Below are positions 22,201 to 32,870 of a stretch of DNA of 64,000 bases, one piece after another. Position 1 is the stretch's first letter. Every line of letters starts with the position of its first letter. This stretch comes from Mobula hypostoma (taxonomy: Eukaryota), in the NCBI RefSeq assembly GCF_963921235.1, contig NC_086103.1:135718001-135782000 (forward strand), read 5' to 3'. The position numbers and the translations under genes are program-made. The notes beneath the pieces are model-generated. The model was not told where the DNA came from. It did no database searches and saw nothing but the letters and a program-made list of their open reading frames with translations.

Positions 22201-22973
22201 GAGGAGCTGGCTCACTACTTGATGATGATTCTGCACTTGAAGTTGGAATGTCTGGTGGTTGGTTTTCCTCAGCAACTGAGGAACTGGACAACCCTGAGGT
22301 TGAATCATTTCCATCCTGTGATTATGAAAGAAATTGCAAATAGTTTAAGTTAGTCTTTGTTATTATATATGCAGGTAATATATGCATTCAGTGTCTATAC
22401 ATGGATTGGCAGAGCTATGAAAATGAGAAAATGGCATATGCCTACATTGGCAGAATGCTGGTTATTGTGTTTGCTTTATGAGCAAGCCAGATACAATTAA
22501 AGCCTATTACATATTACATTTCTCTTTCACAGAAGAATTATCTATGCGCAAATCAATATGCCGTGTTTACAACTAGACAGTACTACTCGCTGCTAACTAG
22601 CCTAAACACAACAACAGAAAGGTTTATGATACAAAGAACATGTTATATTTACCTTGCTGTTGTCATAATTTGATTCTGTTTCCCAGTGCTTAATATGTGG
22701 TGCCAGCCAAGAAAAAGGCAAATAAAATGCCATTTTTTTTTCCCGGCTGGGTCCCCGCTCTTCTTGGTGAGTTTTTTCCGGGCTTGGACATACTTGTCCC
22801 TTAAGTTTTTCCATCTTTTTGTGCATTTCCGTGATGTCCAGACCCATGTTTTTGGAAATTTCATTCCACGAAATTGATGCCTTTTGGCAGTCTTTATAGT
22901 ATGGTGACAAGGAATCGTACAAATGTACATATTTTCGGACTTCGTCCATTAACCTCTCCTCGCTTTGATCCAT
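19288..22973 (-). pseudogene. Harbinger Myb/SANT-like (MADF) DNA-binding protein gene: exon 1 22973-22653, exon 2 from 22315 into the minisatellite
   Basis: MDQSEERLMDEVRKYVHLYD..SPYYKD...WNEIS...C.KRWKNLRDKY...FSWLAPHIK, with frameshifts. A phase-0 intron 22652-22316 (AAG|gtaaat ... cacag|GAT) leads to DGNDSTSG...EPAPLPPAPAPPT. Confidence 0.75.
19317..22212 (+). repeat. G-rich minisatellite, ~21-bp unit GGAGGAGC(A/T)GGCGCGGGGGTC, ~2.9 kb
   Basis: Continuous tandem array with G-run length variants (mostly 20-23 nt units). Confidence 0.97.
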
Positions 22974-24163
22974 TTTCCAAACTTCTCTCTCAATTCTGAA
23001 ATGGCGGAGAATACGCAACCGGAAATAGTAGGAGGAAATGCGATACTACCAAGTGGGTCAGTTACGGTTGTTATGGTCTGCGTTGCTGCGACGTGCAGTT
23101 ACATTTTGGGAGAGGTGTGCTTCAGGCTCTGGCGTAGGGATCCGCATCGGCTCTGTGTAGGGTTTGTGGTTACACAGTACTTACGGCGTCGAGTTGACAC
23201 AGAAGTATAAATCAGGCTTTAAGAGTACAAAGGTGAAATGTTTAAGGGGAACCTGAGGGGAGTCTTCTTCACTCAGAGGGTGGTGAGAGTGTGGAATGAG
23301 CTGCCAGCGGAAGTAGTGGATTCGGGTTTGATTTCAATATTTAAGAGAAATTTGAATGGATACATGAATGAGAGGGAAAAGAGCGCAATGGTCCAGGTGC
23401 AAGGCAATGGAACTAGGCAGATTAATATTTTGGCATGGACTAGATGGGTTGAAGGGCCTGTTTCTGGCTGTGGTGTTTTATAACTCTGGAAAATGTACTC
23501 AGTGGATGAATGCAAGTTAGGAATGTGTGGGTTTAATATAATAATGGACGATTAAAATTATTATTGTAAAGCAGTTATTAATACTGCAATCATCAATTTT
23601 TAATGCCTTATTCTCAGAATACTGCTGACACTGGCAATAACACATTTATTACTTGTGTTTTATTTTCTTTGAGGTGGTGGTGAGTGTTACCACTGAACTA
23701 ATTCAGTTCTTGTCATCTAAGTAGGGAATTATAGGATTTTGACTCAGCAACACTGAAGAAATGGCAAGATTTTACGAAGCCACAGTAGCATGTGAGGTGA
23801 AGATAATAGGCTTTCTTTGTATTGGCCAGATTGACCTATTGCGTTGTAAAGGTTGTGATTTGGGAAACGCTGTTGAAAAAGCCTTGATCTATGTTATGGC
23901 TACTGCACACATGTTGGACCACCAAATGAGTGAATGTTTAACTGTTCTGATCCATTTGATAGAAATGTTCTGTGTGGTATAAAAACCAAAGATGGTGGAG
24001 GTATTTAATTGATTCGGCAATATCTCTGAAGAGTGAAATAGAGTTGATGCTCAAGCATCATACCTTTCATCAGAACTGGGAAAAGTTAGAGATACAAAAT
24101 AGAACAAATTTCAGTGAAGATAGTGAACGCAGCAGGCCAGGCAGCATCTATAGGAAGAGGCGC

Positions 24164-24199
24164 AGTCGACGTTTCAGGCCGAGACCCTTCGTCAGGACT
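24164..24199 (-). ncRNA. Minimal type I hammerhead ribozyme motif (Penelope pLTR)
   Basis: Reverse complement reads AGTC-CTGACGA-AGGGTCTCGGCCT-GAAA-CGTC-GACT. Confidence 0.7.
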
Positions 24200-25749
24200 A
24201 ACTGAAGGAAGAGTGAGTAAGGGATTTGAAAGCTGGAGGGGGAGGGGGAGATGCAAAATGATAGGAGAAGACAGGAGAGGGAGGGATAGAGCCGAGAGCT
24301 GGACAGGTGATAGGCAAAAGGGGATACGAGAGGATCATGGGACAGGAGGTCCGGGAAGAAAGACGGGGGGGGGGTGACCCAGAAGATGGGCAAGAGGTAT
24401 ATTCAGAGGGACAGAGGGAGAAAAAGGAGAGTGAGAGAAAGAATGTGTGCATAAAAATGAGTAACAGCTGGGGTACGAGGGGGAGGTGGGGCCTAGCGGA
24501 AGTTAGAGAAGTCAATGTTCATGCCATCAGGTTGGAGGCTACCCAGACGGAATATAAGGTGTTGTTCCTCCAACCTGAGTGTGGCTTCATCTTTACAGTA
24601 GAGGAGGCCGTGGATAGACATGTCAGAATGGGAATGGGATGTGGAATTAAAATGTGTGGCCACTGGGAGATCCTGCTTTCTCTGGCGGACAGAGCGTAGA
24701 TGTTCAGCAAAGCGGTCTCCCAGTCTGCGTCGGGTCTCACCAATATATAAAAGGCCACATCGGGAGCACCGGACGCAGTATATCACCCCAGTCGACTCAC
24801 AGGTGAAGTGATGCCTCACCTGGAAGGACTGTTTGGGGCCCTGAATGGTGGTGAGGGAGGAAGTGTAAGGGCATGTGTAGCACTTGTTCCGCTTACACGG
24901 ATAAGTGCCAGGAGGGAGATCAGTGGGGAGGGATGGGGGGGACGAATGGACAAGGGAGTTGTGTAGGGAGCGATCCCTGCGGAATGCAGAGAGAGGGGGG
25001 GAGGGAAAGATGTGCTTAGTGGTGGGATCCCGTTGGAGGTGGCGGAAGTTATGGAGAATAATATGTTGGACCCGGAGGCTGGTGGGGTGGTAGGTGAGGA
25101 CCAGGGGAACCCTATTCCTAGTGGGGTGGTGGGAGGATGGAGTGAGAGCAGATGTACGTGAAATGGGGGAGATGCGTTTAAGAGCAGAGTTGATAGTGGA
25201 GGAAGGGAAGCCCCTTTCTTTAAAAAATGAAGACATCTCCCTCGTCCTAGAATGAAAAGCCTCATCCTGAGAGCAGATCTCCCAGTGGCCTCACATTTTA
25301 ATTCCACATCCCATTCCCATTCTGACATGTCTATCCACGGCCTCCTCTACTGTAAAGATGAAGCCACACTCAGGTTGGAGGAACAACACCTTATATTCCG
25401 TCTGGGTAGCCTCCAACCTGATGGCATGAACATTGACTTCTCTAACTTCCGCTAGGCCCCACCTCCCCCTTGTACCCCAGCTGTTACTCATTTTTATGCA
25501 CACATTCTTTCTCTCACTCTCCTTTTTCTCCCTCTGTCCCTCTGAATATACCTCTTGCCCATCCTCTGGGTCACCCCCCCCCCCTGTCTTTCTTCCCGGG
25601 CCTCCTGTCCCATGATCCTCTCGTATCCCCTTTTGCCTATCACCTGTCCAGCTCTTGGCTCCATCCCTCCCCCTCCTGTCTTCTCCTATCATTTTGCATC
25701 TCCCCCTCCCCCTCCAGCTTTCAAATCCCTTACTCACTCTTCTTCAGTT

Positions 25750-25785
25750 AGTCCTGACGAAGGGTCTCGGCCTGAAACGTCGACT
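25750..25785 (+). ncRNA. Minimal type I hammerhead ribozyme motif (Penelope pLTR), sense to DYNC2H1
   Basis: AGTC/GACT stem I, CUGACGA core, AGG/CCT stem II, GAAA, palindromic ACGT stem III, and a GUC cleavage triplet ending at 25781. Confidence 0.72.
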
Positions 25786-27439
25786 GCGCCTCTTCCTATA
25801 GATGCTGCCTGGCCTGCTGCGTTCACCAGCAACTTTGATGTGTGTTCCTTGTATTTCCAGCATCTGCAGAATTCCTGTTGTTTTCAGTGAAAGATGTTTA
25901 TATGGAAGAAACAAAATAGTTACTCGATGAAGAAAATTATGAATCTTACAAATGTGAGATTTAAATAGAGGAAACAGTATCTGAAACTGTTAAATTTTGA
26001 AATAGTTTAATGCAAATACAGAGAAGATGAGGTATTTTTCTCTAACATTGTTGGAAGTCAGAAGGAAGCCAAAGCATAAGATCAGGGCGGGAGTAGTACT
26101 CTGTAAGTTAAAAAGACACCTGACTGGAATCTTTGGATCAAGCTTTCAGAATGAACAGGGAGACATTCTTTTCATTGTCCATTGTAGAGGAGATCACAAT
26201 GAGAACAGCAGAAAGACTAGACAGGTTGGAAGAAGAGTAAGTAAATCGCTGTTTTATCTGTACAGAGGCACAGCTCCATCAACCTGAGTTTGACCCTGAT
26301 CTTTGCTGTCTTTGTACATGTGGAGATTACACGTAGTACCAGACATAACATGGGCTTCCCCTGGATGCTCTGGTTTCCAGCGATATCTCAATAATTTTCT
26401 GTTGTAAATTACCTGAATAGAATTTCTGTGAGTGCCTATATGGAGTTGGTGTGTTGAATGGTACCCATAAAGGCTACATCATAAATACGAGTGTGTTTAG
26501 GATCCTGGGCAAAGGACAGGAAGAAGTAAAAATGTAGGTCTACTGAGAAAGGAAGTCATTCTGGATAGAGATGCAATCTGTACAGTCCCAGAGACTGCAG
26601 AATACTAAAAGGTAAGAAGAAAGGAAATGTGGTGTCATTACATTGGATGAGTTGAAACGACAATGTGTTAGTCAAATGTGGTAGCAGGCGGAGTGGAAAA
26701 TGAGGACAAGGGGAACCCAATCCAGTCATTTTAGAGAGTGAGAGTGAGAGAGAGAATACATACGCAGGAAGCGTGGAAGGCATGATTGGCGTTTCGTCAA
26801 CAATAATGGAAGGGATTTTTTTTTAAGGAAACAGGAAGACATTTAAGGCATTGGTATGGAAGATGATGTTGTCAGAATAATTGTAATTAAAATGGAGAAA
26901 TAGAAAGAATGGAATATACCCCTTGGAAGAAAAGCCACTGACTGACTCATTCTATTTTTTTTTACTACTCTTCACTAGTTTGACACCATGAGACTCGTTT
27001 TGTCACCTCAACCCAGACAAATCATTGCTAACAATGAAAAGCTGTATTTCAGCATGGTGCTGGTGGCTTCTCTGCTGTTTCCACCATTGCTGGCTTTTCT
27101 GTGAGCCTTTAGGTATTTTCACCTTCTTATCATAGTAGTGCAACAGAACCTTCATGTATCACGGTAATTGCTGAATTTTTGGATCTCCTGCACTGTTCTT
27201 TAGGTTATGGATTTTCTGTTGCATCTCTTTCAGGCATCTGCATAGTTGTTCCTTTTCTCTTGTTGCTTCCAATGCTCTGGGATTAGAAGACTAAAATAAT
27301 ATAAATAAGGAGTTGCTGAGTCACACTCAAGGAAATGCCTGATTGCAGTAGCTTCAGAGTAATCTCCATACTGCTTGCAAAGGAAAATCCTTGCAGCTTT
27401 CCTCCTCAACCATTGCTAAATTATCACTGTAATATTCTC

Positions 27440-28830
27440 AGATTCAAGTTCAAGTTCGTTATCGTTCAACCCTTTACATGCTTTTTACCTGTACTGTTTT
27501 ATGATTTATGTATACTGCCAAATGAAACAATGTTGCTCTGGACCAAGGTGCAAAACATGGTACATATAACTCACAGAGGGTAAAGTAATATTACCACAAA
27601 TAAATTAACAAATAAGAACTTATAGTCCAGAGGACTGTCAGTTAGCATAAGATGTATTTATGACCCAAGTTAAAAAGTAGACAGTATAACTCTGCTGACA
27701 TGTGATGAGACATAGGTGGTGGCAGGGAGTTCAATTGGTTCATGGTTTGGGGGAAGAAGATGTTTCCCATCCTAACAGTTCTTATTCTAGTGCTCCGGTA
27801 CCTCCTGCCTGATGATAGGGGTCAAAGAAATTTGTGGGATGGATGGAAGGATCCTTGACAGTCCTAAGGGCCCTGTGTATGCATGATCCTGATAAATATC
27901 TCAGATACGTGGAAGAGAAACCTGATGATCCTCTCAGCAGTCCTCGCAATCCTTTGCAGGGTCTTGAGGTCTGATGCCTTGCAAATCCTGTAGCAGGTGG
28001 GTAGACTCAATGGTGCTTGTGCAAAAATTGGTTAGAGTGATGGTGGAGTGATGGTGGAGAGCCTCACTTCTGCTAATCTCCTCAGGAAGTGGAGAGCACT
28101 GCTGTGTTTTCTTGACTCAAGAAGTGATTTTGGGGGACCAGGTGAGATCGTCTGTCATGTACACTCCCAGAAAATCGTTGCTCCTAACTCCTCATGTACG
28201 AACTGTTTATATACTAAAGTCAACAATCAGCTCTCTTGGTCTGTACACGTTGAGACTTGAGCTGTTGTGCTTGCACCATTCAACAAGCAGCCCTTCTTTC
28301 TTTCTATGCTATCTTGTTGTCATCGTTGCTGAAACCCACCACTTTTGTGTCGTCAGCGAACTTGATGATTCGATTTGAGCTGGAACTAGCAGTGCAGTTA
28401 TGCGTCAGACACATGAACAGCAGTGAGTTGAGCACGCAGCCTCAGGGTGGTGGAGCGAGAAATGTTGCTGCCACAATGAACTGACTGTGGTTTTTCTGTC
28501 AAGAAATCCACGGTTCAATTACAGAGCGAATTGTTGAGACCCCCCCAAGGATGGGGACTGAGGGATGATTGTATTAAATGTTCATCTGAGGTTGATAAAC
28601 AGCATCTTGGGGTATGTGATGCCATCTTCCAGGAGGGACAGGACACAGTGAAGGGCAGAGGCTGGGGTATTGTCAGTGGACTGATTTGAGTGATAAGCAA
28701 ATTGAAAATGGTCTAGTGTAACAGGAAGATGGGATTTAATGCGATCCATAACCAGCTAGTCAAAGCATTTCATTATTGTTGATATCAGTGCCACTGGATG
28801 GTAGATGTTAAGGCAGGTTACTGTTGCCCA
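27440..28830 (-). mobile_element. Rex/Babar-like LINE 3' part, degenerate
   Basis: RT remnants (KFADDT-like, LSTAFNTI-like) and a 3' tail read on + as 'ttcaagttcaagtt'. Confidence 0.6.
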
Positions 28831-29698
28831 CTATGATAGTACATAATAGATAGCAATAACCATGCAGTCATACAAAAAAACTAGCCCAAGTCCCTGAGTG
28901 TCAAGTCCTGTAGATTCATGGTGCATGGCTGTTGTCGGCAATAACAAGCCCACAGAAATATGTAGACCAGTGCATTCCAGCTTGTCTTCCACCGAGCAAC
29001 CAGTGCAGGGCAGCACAGATGGGAGGGGCCAGTCTCCAACTCAGCATTGAAGGTGCGCCACATGGCCTCCAGTATCTCCTCTCCTGTGCATTTGCAACAG
29101 GAAACCCCGCAGCATGAGAGTCTAGTCTACACTACAACTCGCCATCTGTCTCGCCTGTGAAACAGCATCCAGCAGGATTGCAAGAAAATCACTTACACTG
29201 TTTTTCTTAGACTGCACTCTGTCTCCGCACACCAACTCTAACGCCTTTTGTAGCAGACAGCAACACACTCTGCACCAACTCCAGCTCCTCCATTATCGAG
29301 CAACTCACTAGTGGGTTAGATCTGCAGTTTTTGATGTTCTTAATATCCAGCAGTGGCTTGTGATCATAAAAAGGTAAAAGAAGAATCACGCCTTTATTTG
29401 GACCCAGCTAGGCCGTTGGCTGAGTGCACCACCATCTTACCAGCGGCAATTATTAAATTGAAAATGCTATCTGAACAGATATTATTTCTTTTGTAGGGAA
29501 GATGGCGAGGGACATAAGAATTAGAATTCCTGTTATTATGTGATAAGTGACAGTAAACCTTTTTTGTACATCTAGAAATGGAAAGATTTAAAGGGTCATA
29601 TTGTGAGAACAAAATAAAGTTTCATTAGCTGTTTCAAAAGGTAATATTGCTGCAGGTGGTTTGTAGTCACTCTGGAATTTTGTTTTTTTCAATGATAG

Positions 29699-29869
29699 GT
29701 TGAATCGGGGGATATCAAGGACAAAATTTTGGTATTTTTTAAGATACGTCCAGATGTTATTACTGAAGAAAATTTGCACACAAATATACTTGTGTCATCA
29801 ATGCTGGATTCACCCATAAGTGCTTTTTATCAAGCAATACGGCAAATATTTGCACCAGTGCTATTGAAG
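29699..29869 (+). CDS. DYNC2H1: DYNC2H1 coding exon 2
   Basis: VESGDIKDKILVFFKIRPDVITEENLHTNILVSSMLDSPISAFYQAIRQIFAPVLLK; tag|GTT...AAG|gtgagt. Confidence 0.95.
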
Positions 29870-30009
29870 GTGAGTTTGTGAACATTTCAAAAAACAACTT
29901 TACTGATCTGTTATCTGTTCCTTACTTTCAGAAGATAAATATTTTATGAAAGTTTATGCTGTTGTAGTTTTATGTCTATCTGTGCCCGATTAAATGTACT
30001 TCGCAATTA

Positions 30010-30846
30010 CAGTGGATTCGGGATAATTGGGCTATCAGTTACTTAAGACAGCTGCTTATTTGGGACAACTCTTAAAGAGCAAAAGCAAATCAGGAAAATA
30101 GCCAGTTTCCCTTTGTTTATTTGGGACATTATGCTTCTTACTTGGGACAGGAGACTGTTGCTGAACATTATCTAACTAGCATCAGTTGTGTGCATATCGT
30201 GTGGTAGTTAGACAATACACCATGTTTAAAGTGAATAGTTTTTAAGTAGTATAACTTACATGTTTGTATTCAAAGAACAGTGTTTTATTGTCACTGATAG
30301 TTGACAAGTAATAAAAAAATAAGACAATTCAGAACTGTTTTGCTCATGCGGTTTTAAGCATTCAGGCTTGGAGATGCCAGAAATGGCTGGGAGTGAAAAT
30401 GAAACGATTTTACTACTTCAACGAGTTAGGAACTACAAAGAATTTGAAAGCTTCAACAATCATCTGGAATGTTACAGTGATAACAAAGATTTGGAGGATG
30501 CATCGTTGAAAGCACTGCTTGAAGGCAGTCTGCTTTATGCACTAGGTGTCTGCATTGATTGTCATTTACAGTCAATCAAAAGAACACATCAGTGTACACT
30601 GGATGAATTTCTCCTTCGATAACTATTAGGAACTAATACACTGCTTTATAGTACTATAGTAGTTTTGGTAGTTTTCTGATTTATTTTGTATTTTATTTAA
30701 ATGCTCAATTTGTTACTCATTTAAATGGTAGTTTGTCTTTCTTTATTTGCCTTTTTCATTATTTCCATGGATCTTTGGCTAATTGTGCAGCTGCTTAATT
30801 GGGCCAAAATTGGTCCCGATGTGCCCTAATTAATTAAAATCCATTG
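30010..30846 (+). mobile_element. Non-autonomous Tigger deletion derivative (same family as 2732-3508)
   Basis: TA|CAGTGGATTCGGGATAATTGGG start. ORF 30368-30622 matches the TIGD C-terminus (EMAGSENETI...NHLECY). Confidence 0.8.
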
Positions 30847-31533
30847 CACTTAATTAAAAGCATATAATTTATAGGAAGGAAAATAGATTGCTTTTTTTTA
30901 GAAAGGAAGAATGTTTGAAGGTCACTTCAGTAATCAGAACATAATAGTTAAATTTAAACCAGATGTTACTATTTTTCCTGGATCTTATCATCTGCTATTG
31001 TCCTGCTGTGTGAATATTACAAAAATACCTGAAATTTTGCCACGTTGTGTAATATTTAAATCCCTCCTAATATTTATATGAAAATTGCATGGCTAATTAT
31101 TCAGCATCACACTGATTGCATTCATGTTTTTGAAGTAATTTACACTTATTTATGTTGCAGGTTAAGCTTGCTTTTAATTTAGATTTTCCCTGTTGTGTCA
31201 GTTATCAGCTGAAAGCTACCTTTTGATACTAGGATGATATTAATCTAATCTAATCTAATTATTTGGATATTGACTTTCGGCCCTATTTTCTGAAGTAATA
31301 ACAATCTTAAAATCTACTATCATCATCTCGTTGAAACAAATTGTGCTCCTAGGTTAAATATTTTGTTGAGAATCTGATAATCATTCGTGCCTCAAAATCA
31401 TAGATTTTAAATTGTAATGAACTTGAAATACAAAACCAAAGGAGAGAGAATGGCTAGGACATGACATTTGTTTTGAACTTCAAATTGATGGCAGAGTTTA
31501 TATGGTTAATGTAATTTCTGCTTTTCTTTTTAG

Positions 31534-31672
31534 GATGAGAAATGGAGTAAGAGTTTTGACCCTAAACTTCAAAATTTGTTGACTCAACTAGAAGCAGGGT
31601 TGGGGTCTATTGTAAGGCACTCAGATCAGTGTCACAGTGGAACAAGATTTGGAGGGGAAGAGGACACTTCAG
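31534..31672 (+). CDS. DYNC2H1: DYNC2H1 coding exon 3
   Basis: DEKWSKSFDPKLQNLLTQLEAGLG...EEDTS-G; tag|GAT...CAG|gtttga. Confidence 0.95.
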
Positions 31673-32369
31673 GTTTGAAATTTAAAGCTGGAGTACATTA
31701 TAATTAAATAGTTTTTCATCTTATTTTCCCTTCCAGTTCATTTATGATCTTTCTAATGTCATGAACTAAGATATGCATGATTGCTGTTAATATTCTGAAT
31801 GTTTCAAAACTTGATTTAAGCAGGATAGAAATTGGACTATTTCCTTGTATATAATTCTAATCTCATCCACACAGGATGGATTAAACTTAGCTAACTGAAT
31901 TAGTTGGGTATATTTCCCTTGTGTTTTAGAGACATAGAGCAATACAGCAGGGATACAGACAGTTCAGCCCATCCAGTCCATGAGGACCTGGGTGACCATG
32001 CACCTAGTCCCAATTTCTACTGTTTAGCCCATATCTCTCCATTTCCCGTCCTTCCATGTGCCTATCTCTGTACTGCTTAAATTGTATTATTGCATCTGCC
32101 TCAGTCACTTTTTCTGGCAGCTCATTCCATATACTGATCACACTCTTCATGAAAAAATTGACCCTCAGATCCATTTTAGTTCATTTTCCTCTCACCCTAA
32201 ACTTATCTACTCTAGTGTTGGAATCTCTAATCCAGGGGAAAAACTCGTTAGGATTCACTTTATCTTACTTTTATAATTATTGTATGTGCTCTTCTTTAAG
32301 GTTGCCACTCGTTCTCCTACAAACCAACTGCGCAACCTCTCCCAATAACTTAAGTCCTCTAGTCCTGGC

Positions 32370-32675
32370 AGCATGCCACAGTAGCCTAGCGATTAGCGCG
32401 ATGCTATTATTGCTTGGAGCATTCCAGAGTTCAGAGTTCAATTCTGGCACTGTCTGACGTAGTTTGTCTGTTCTCCCGTGACTATGTGTAGTTCCTCTGG
32501 GTAACCTGGTTTCCTCCCACTGTGCAAAGATGTATTTTAAAAATGTAGGTTAACTGGTCATTGTAAATTGTCCTGTGAGTAGGCTATTGCTAAATAGGTG
32601 GGTTGCTGGGTGGTGTGGCTCATTGGGCTAGAATGGCCTGTTCCACGCTATATCTCTACATAAAAATAAAAAAAT
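32370..32675 (+). mobile_element. tRNA-derived V-SINE (HE1-like)
   Basis: tRNA-like head, V-core ggtttcctcccac, and a CR1-like tail ggcctgttccacgctatatctcta followed by an A-rich end. Confidence 0.65.
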
Positions 32676-32870
32676 AAACATTCTTGTAAAAGGTGCAATA
32701 GGTGTTGTTCGTGGGATAAGCATAGAGATGGAGAGTTGAGAATGGCATTGGGAAGTTTAACTCCATGCATTGGAAGGACACAGAAGCCCTGTGTTACTGA
32801 CAGATGGAACATGCCACTCAACCCCATTCTCCTGTCTTCTCCTTGTAACTTTTGATGCCCTTACTAATCA

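Larger units (their letters stand above)
17567..23218. mobile_element. PIF/Harbinger DNA transposon (5.65 kb) with convergent nuclease and Myb/SANT genes
   Basis: TIR AGCCTGATTTATACTTCTG(C/T)GTCAA at both ends. TTA target-site duplication at 17564-66 and 23219-21; removing the element restores the CR1 sequence. Confidence 0.93.
24122..25881. mobile_element. Young Penelope-like element insertion: 5'-truncated - strand copy fused to an inverted + strand 3' copy
   Basis: GIY-YIG ORF 24493-25236 (-) with GVIYCVRCSRCGLLYIGETRRRLGDRFAEH. Inverted arms 24123-24672 and 25276-25826. TTTCAGTGAA is duplicated at 24109 and 25882. Confidence 0.88.

Noticed and set aside
19317-22212. CRISPR-like array or information-coding repeat
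   Set aside because: No unique spacers and a eukaryotic context. Variation is limited to A/T swaps and G-run length.
19220-22353. Three overlapping ~1000-aa + strand ORFs (Gly/Arg/Ala-rich)
   Set aside because: Artefact of a stop-free G-rich tandem repeat that is open in all three frames. The ancestral coding sense is the - strand MADF exon.
24493-25236. GIY-YIG ORF as a standalone nuclease gene
   Set aside because: It is the 3' end of a 5'-truncated Penelope ORF, with no promoter or RT portion.
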